Assembly (NCBI GenBank): GCA_013180605.1
Contig: QBUL01000189.1
Span: 2,483 to 66,482, forward strand
Direction: 5' to 3'
Origin: Candidatus Methanophagaceae archaeon GoMg1
Lineage (GTDB): Archaea; Halobacteriota; Syntropharchaeia; Alkanophagales; Methanospirareceae
Length of the DNA: 64,000 nucleotides
The position numbers and the translations under genes are program-made. This document shows, piece after piece, positions 60,783 to 64,000 of the stretch (position 1 is its first letter; every line of letters starts with the position of its first letter). The notes under the pieces were generated by a model that saw only the letters and a list, made by a program, of their open reading frames with translations, was not told the origin of the DNA and made no database searches.

Positions 60783-62597
60783 TCACAAATAATAATACCG
60801 CCCGCGCTTCTTCTGTTCCCTGTCCTTTGCTGACCCTATCTTATTTATCCGTGGTCGAAGCGTGTTTTCATCACGCCTGAACGTCAAACCCAAATCGTGC
60901 AAAAATAAATTCATCCCCTCTTGCATCCCAAAACACCCCTTTATCTCCCCTCGTACGCCTGGCTCACCGTCGAAAACCATTAGCCTATCGCTTAACAAAT
61001 CTATCAAATATATGTCATGGTCTACAATCAATCCCGATGCGCCTCGTCGCTCCATATACCGCCTTAATGTTTTTATCAACCGTGCCTTCTGCTCCACATC
61101 GAGATGCGCTGACGGCTCGTCCAGCATATACAATGATGCATCCTGACAAAGACACGCAGCTATCGCAACGTTTTGTAATTCACCGCCACTTAGTTCTCTC
61201 AGGTTCTTTTCCTCTAAGTCCGCAATTCCCAACGGGTCTATCACGTCAATGAGGTCCGCTTCGCTTAATTCCCCTTTTACAGAATGAATAAAATCCTTCA
61301 CGCGTATATCCCGCTCGCCACTCTGTAAAGACTTAATATATTGCGGCTTGTAAGAGACGTTAATATCAAATGATTGTGCGGCTTTTTTTCCCGCTGTCGG
61401 CTCTGTTTCACCTGCTAATACGCTCACAAACGTGCTTTTACCAATGGCGTTTCTTCCCACTATCCCCAATATTTCCCCTTTCCCTATACTGCCCGGCTTC
61501 GCATTCAATACGAACCCATCACCGTCACCGTATCTCTTCTCAAACCCGTCATATTCGACGAAGACATTCCTCACCTCTTGTTGCTCCCTCGGTGGATGTA
61601 CATTGAATTCTATTGGCTTATCTCGTATTCGCACGTTTTCTGCATGCAAGAAACCACTTAAATATTCGTTTATCCCTCTGTTCGTGCTCTTTGGCATTGT
61701 TACAACACCATACTTGCCGGGCTCACCATAGATGAGATGCACATAATCCGCAAGCATGTCGAGGATAGCGAGGTCGTGTTCCACCACAACTACTGCCTTA
61801 TCCTTCAAAACTTCTTTCATTCCTCTCGCTACTCTCGCTCTCTGATAAATGTCCAGATAGGGTGTTATTTCGTCAAAGAAGTAGAAATCCGCATCTTTTA
61901 TCATTGTTGCTATGATGGCAACCCGCTGCAATTCGCCGCCGCTCAGCTCCTTTATGTCCCTCCCCCGCGCTTCTTCAAGTTCAAAATCCTTCACAAGCCG
62001 TTTCCCTACTCCTCGTTCGTCGGTAATATCCAGCAACTCCTGAACTTTACCATCAAAGTATTCAGGAATTGTATCTATATACTGCGGCTTATAAGCCACC
62101 TTAATATCCCCTTTCGCCAGCTTATCGAAGTAATTCTGTAATTCAGACCCTGCATACCGCTTTTTTATCTTATCCCAACTCGGCTTTTCTTTTTCTTCTT
62201 CTGCCTCAAAGTTTACTTTGCCAAGGTTTGGAACCTGCAATCCCGATAGTATTTTAATTGCCGTGCTCTTTCCTATCCCATTCTCTCCTATCGTTCCCGT
62301 TATCTTACCCGCCTTTGGAATCGGCATTCCGTAAAGGACGAACCCGTTTTCACCATATCTGTGCGTCTCCTTACCTTTCAGCTCTTCTGGCAACCCGATT
62401 ATGGAAATAGCATTAAAGGGGCACTTTTTTATGCAAATCCCACAACCCTCGCATAAATCCTCGGATATTACTGGCTTGCCATGTTCACCCACAACTATCG
62501 TTTCTACCCCTGTGCGTACCATCGGGCAGTATTTTATGCATTCATACTCGCATTTCCTCGGTTGGCACTTATCATGCTCCAATATCGCTATCCGCAT
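60783..62597 (-). CDS. Ribosome recycling ATPase ABCE1/Rli1
   Basis: N-terminal 2x[4Fe-4S] motif (CQP.KC..EC...[14 protein letters not shown]) and two NBDs with LSGGELQ. Confidence 0.97.
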   Translation of the reverse strand: MRIAILEHDKCQPRKCEYECIKYCPMVRTGVETIVVGEHGKPVISEDLCEGCGICIKKCPFNAISIIGLPEELKGKETHRYGENGFVLYGMPIPKAGKITGTIGENGIGKSTAIKILSGLQVPNLGKVNFEAEEEKEKPSWDKIKKRYAGSELQNYFDKLAKGDIKVAYKPQYIDTIPEYFDGKVQELLDITDERGVGKRLVKDFELEEARGRDIKELSGGELQRVAIIATMIKDADFYFFDEITPYLDIYQRARVARGMKEVLKDKAVVVVEHDLAILDMLADYVHLIYGEPGKYGVVTMPKSTNRGINEYLSGFLHAENVRIRDKPIEFNVHPPREQQEVRNVFVEYDGFEKRYGDGDGFVLNAKPGSIGKGEILGIVGRNAIGKSTFVSVLAGETEPTAGKKAAQSFDINVSYKPQYIKSLQSGERDIRVKDFIHSVKGELSEADLIDVIDPLGIADLEEKNLRELSGGELQNVAIAACLCQDASLYMLDEPSAHLDVEQKARLIKTLRRYMERRGASGLIVDHDIYLIDLLSDRLMVFDGEPGVRGEIKGCFGMQEGMNLFLHDLGLTFRRDENTLRPRINKIGSAKDREQKKRGRYYYL

Positions 62598-62992
62598 TTC
62601 ATTGTACGTTCTAAAATTCGTAAAGCAAGCAAAGCAGCATTTTCGCCGTTGTCTATGCCTACTACCGCTACAGGAACACCCGGCGGCATCTGCACCATGG
62701 AAAGCAGAGCATCCATACCGAGCAACTTCCCACTCACGGGAATACCAATCACGGGCTTTTTCGTTTTTGACGCTATTACGCCCGGCAATGCCGCCGATAA
62801 CCCTGCAATTGCTATTATCACGTCCACTTCTTCTTCGCTTTCTTTTAAATATCTATCCAGCTCATCGGGATTCCTGTGTGCAGAAATCACCTTCACGTCA
62901 TAAGAAATCTTATGCTCATCCAGCACCTTTACCACTTTGTCCGCTATCGCCCTATCGCTCTCCGAGCCCAGTATCACCGCTATTTTATCCAC
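62588..62992 (-). CDS. purE: N5-CAIR mutase / AIR carboxylase
   Basis: [44 protein letters not shown]. Confidence 0.95.
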   Translation of the reverse strand: MDKIAVILGSESDRAIADKVVKVLDEHKISYDVKVISAHRNPDELDRYLKESEEEVDVIIAIAGLSAALPGVIASKTKKPVIGIPVSGKLLGMDALLSMVQMPPGVPVAVVGIDNGENAALLALRILERTMKCG

Positions 62993-63084
62993 TTTTGTTT
63001 CACCATCATTGCCTCAAAAGAATAAAAAGAGAAAAGGTTTATAAAGAGATTATTTATCTTTTATTATAAAGAGGTATTTTCACA

Positions 63085-63192
63085 ATGGAAGCGAACATAA
63101 GCGTATCAAAAGCCATGGGTTGGGTAGGCTTAGGAATCCTGTTCGCTATCGCAATCTATCTGGCTCTTCTTATTGCAGGAGTTGTCCATTAA
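63085..63192 (+). CDS. 35-aa single-pass membrane microprotein (not in the ORF track)
   Basis: MEANISVSKAMGWVGLGILFAIAIYLALLIAGVVH*, preceded by a GAGGT RBS and TTTATAAA/TTATAAA TATA-like boxes. Confidence 0.55.
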   Translation: MEANISVSKAMGWVGLGILFAIAIYLALLIAGVVH

Positions 63193-63193
63193 A

Positions 63194-63310
63194 ACCACGA
63201 GATTTCACGAGATTAACACAAGAAAATGAAGCAATAGGGGCAGAATAGTCAATGGGGTACTGAAACATAATTATTGTATTCTCGTGGAAATCTGTGTAAT
63301 CTTGTGGTTC
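63194..63310. repeat. Hairpin repeat related to family A (AACCACGAGATT...AATCTTGTGGTT)
   Basis: Inverted arms; half copies at 59146-59175, 41440-41472 and 18873-18894. Confidence 0.65.
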
Positions 63311-63318
63311 ACTTTGCT

Positions 63319-64000
63319 TTAGCCCTTCGCTCTTTCCTCCATCATACAGGTGAACTCTTCAGGGTCTCTTATCTTTTTCAACTCCTCTTTCCTTATCAAA
63401 ACCGTATTATCTACTTGCACTCGTTTGACATTACCATTCACCACGAGCACCGATTTCGTTCGCGTAACCTGCGACAAACTGCTTATTATTCTCGCTTTTT
63501 TTATCATTCGCTCGGTGTATTTGCTTATACCCGTGAGAATTTTCATCCTTTCGCTTTCCTCTCCGCTCAGTCGTTGCGATTGTGGAAGCGAAACGGCATT
63601 AAAAGGAGCATACGCAGTTCTAAATATCTCAAATCCTATCTCTTCCATTACTCCTAAAATATCCTCCTCTAAATCCGAAGCCACTTCTTCTACTCGCGCT
63701 CCCGGAATGTCCCGCGCCTGCCGTGGCAAAGAGTTTTCAAATTCGGACTTTAAAAACTCCAGAATTTCTATTAGCTTTGTATCTAATATTTCCTCCAGTT
63801 TTAGTGCAATGTCTATTGTCGTACTCGCCCCGCCTTCCTCATATTTGCTGACACTCCTCCTTGAAACACCTAATTCCGCAGCAACGTCACCTAAGGAAAG
63901 TTCCTTCCGCTCTCTTGCCCACTGCATCTCTTCGCCGTCTATATTAACATACAAGCCACCCGTGGCAGAATAGACGTAGGGGTGCACGCCTCCGATGAAA
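63319..64000 (-). CDS. Archaeal HTH (Cro/C1-type) transcriptional regulator, 5' partial
   Basis: GGLYVNIDG, SLGDVAAELGVSRRSVSKYEEG, APFNAV. Confidence 0.85.
   Translation of the reverse strand, partial: FIGGVHPYVYSATGGLYVNIDGEEMQWARERKELSLGDVAAELGVSRRSVSKYEEGGASTTIDIALKLEEILDTKLIEILEFLKSEFENSLPRQARDIPGARVEEVASDLEEDILGVMEEIGFEIFRTAYAPFNAVSLPQSQRLSGEESERMKILTGISKYTERMIKKARIISSLSQVTRTKSVLVVNGNVKRVQVDNTVLIRKEELKKIRDPEEFTCMMEERAKG

Overview
Archaeal (euryarchaeal) chromosomal DNA. TFB, ABCE1, MfnE-like kinase, CbiZ-CobZ fusion, PGF-CTERM and COG1361 surface proteins are present. Gene style and a recurring C-terminal surface-protein domain suggest an ANME-1/Methanophagales-like organism (inference). 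Core genes include proA, an ABC exporter operon, htpX, cmk, a putative Re-citrate synthase-aconitase-IDH cluster, dnaK, dnaJ, cobA, hisB, rlmE, cbiB, cobD, cbiS, ABCE1 and purE. They are interleaved with a 14-kb cell-surface/MoxR block, mosaic secreted proteins, several antitoxins whose toxins are deleted, nested IS/MITE remnants and a dense population of short hairpin repeats. Best-supported unusual finding: an RT-deleted group II mini-intron (31247-32082, minus strand). Its EBS1/EBS2 match the terminal inverted-repeat region of a MITE, and an intron-free copy of that MITE with a perfect 9-bp TSD lies about 1 kb away. Other candidates are a stand-alone propeptide-less proteasome-beta-like Ntn hydrolase next to dnaJ, an RPA-like OB fusion protein, and exchangeable C-terminal anchor modules on secreted proteins. 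All calls come from reading the sequence; no searches were run.
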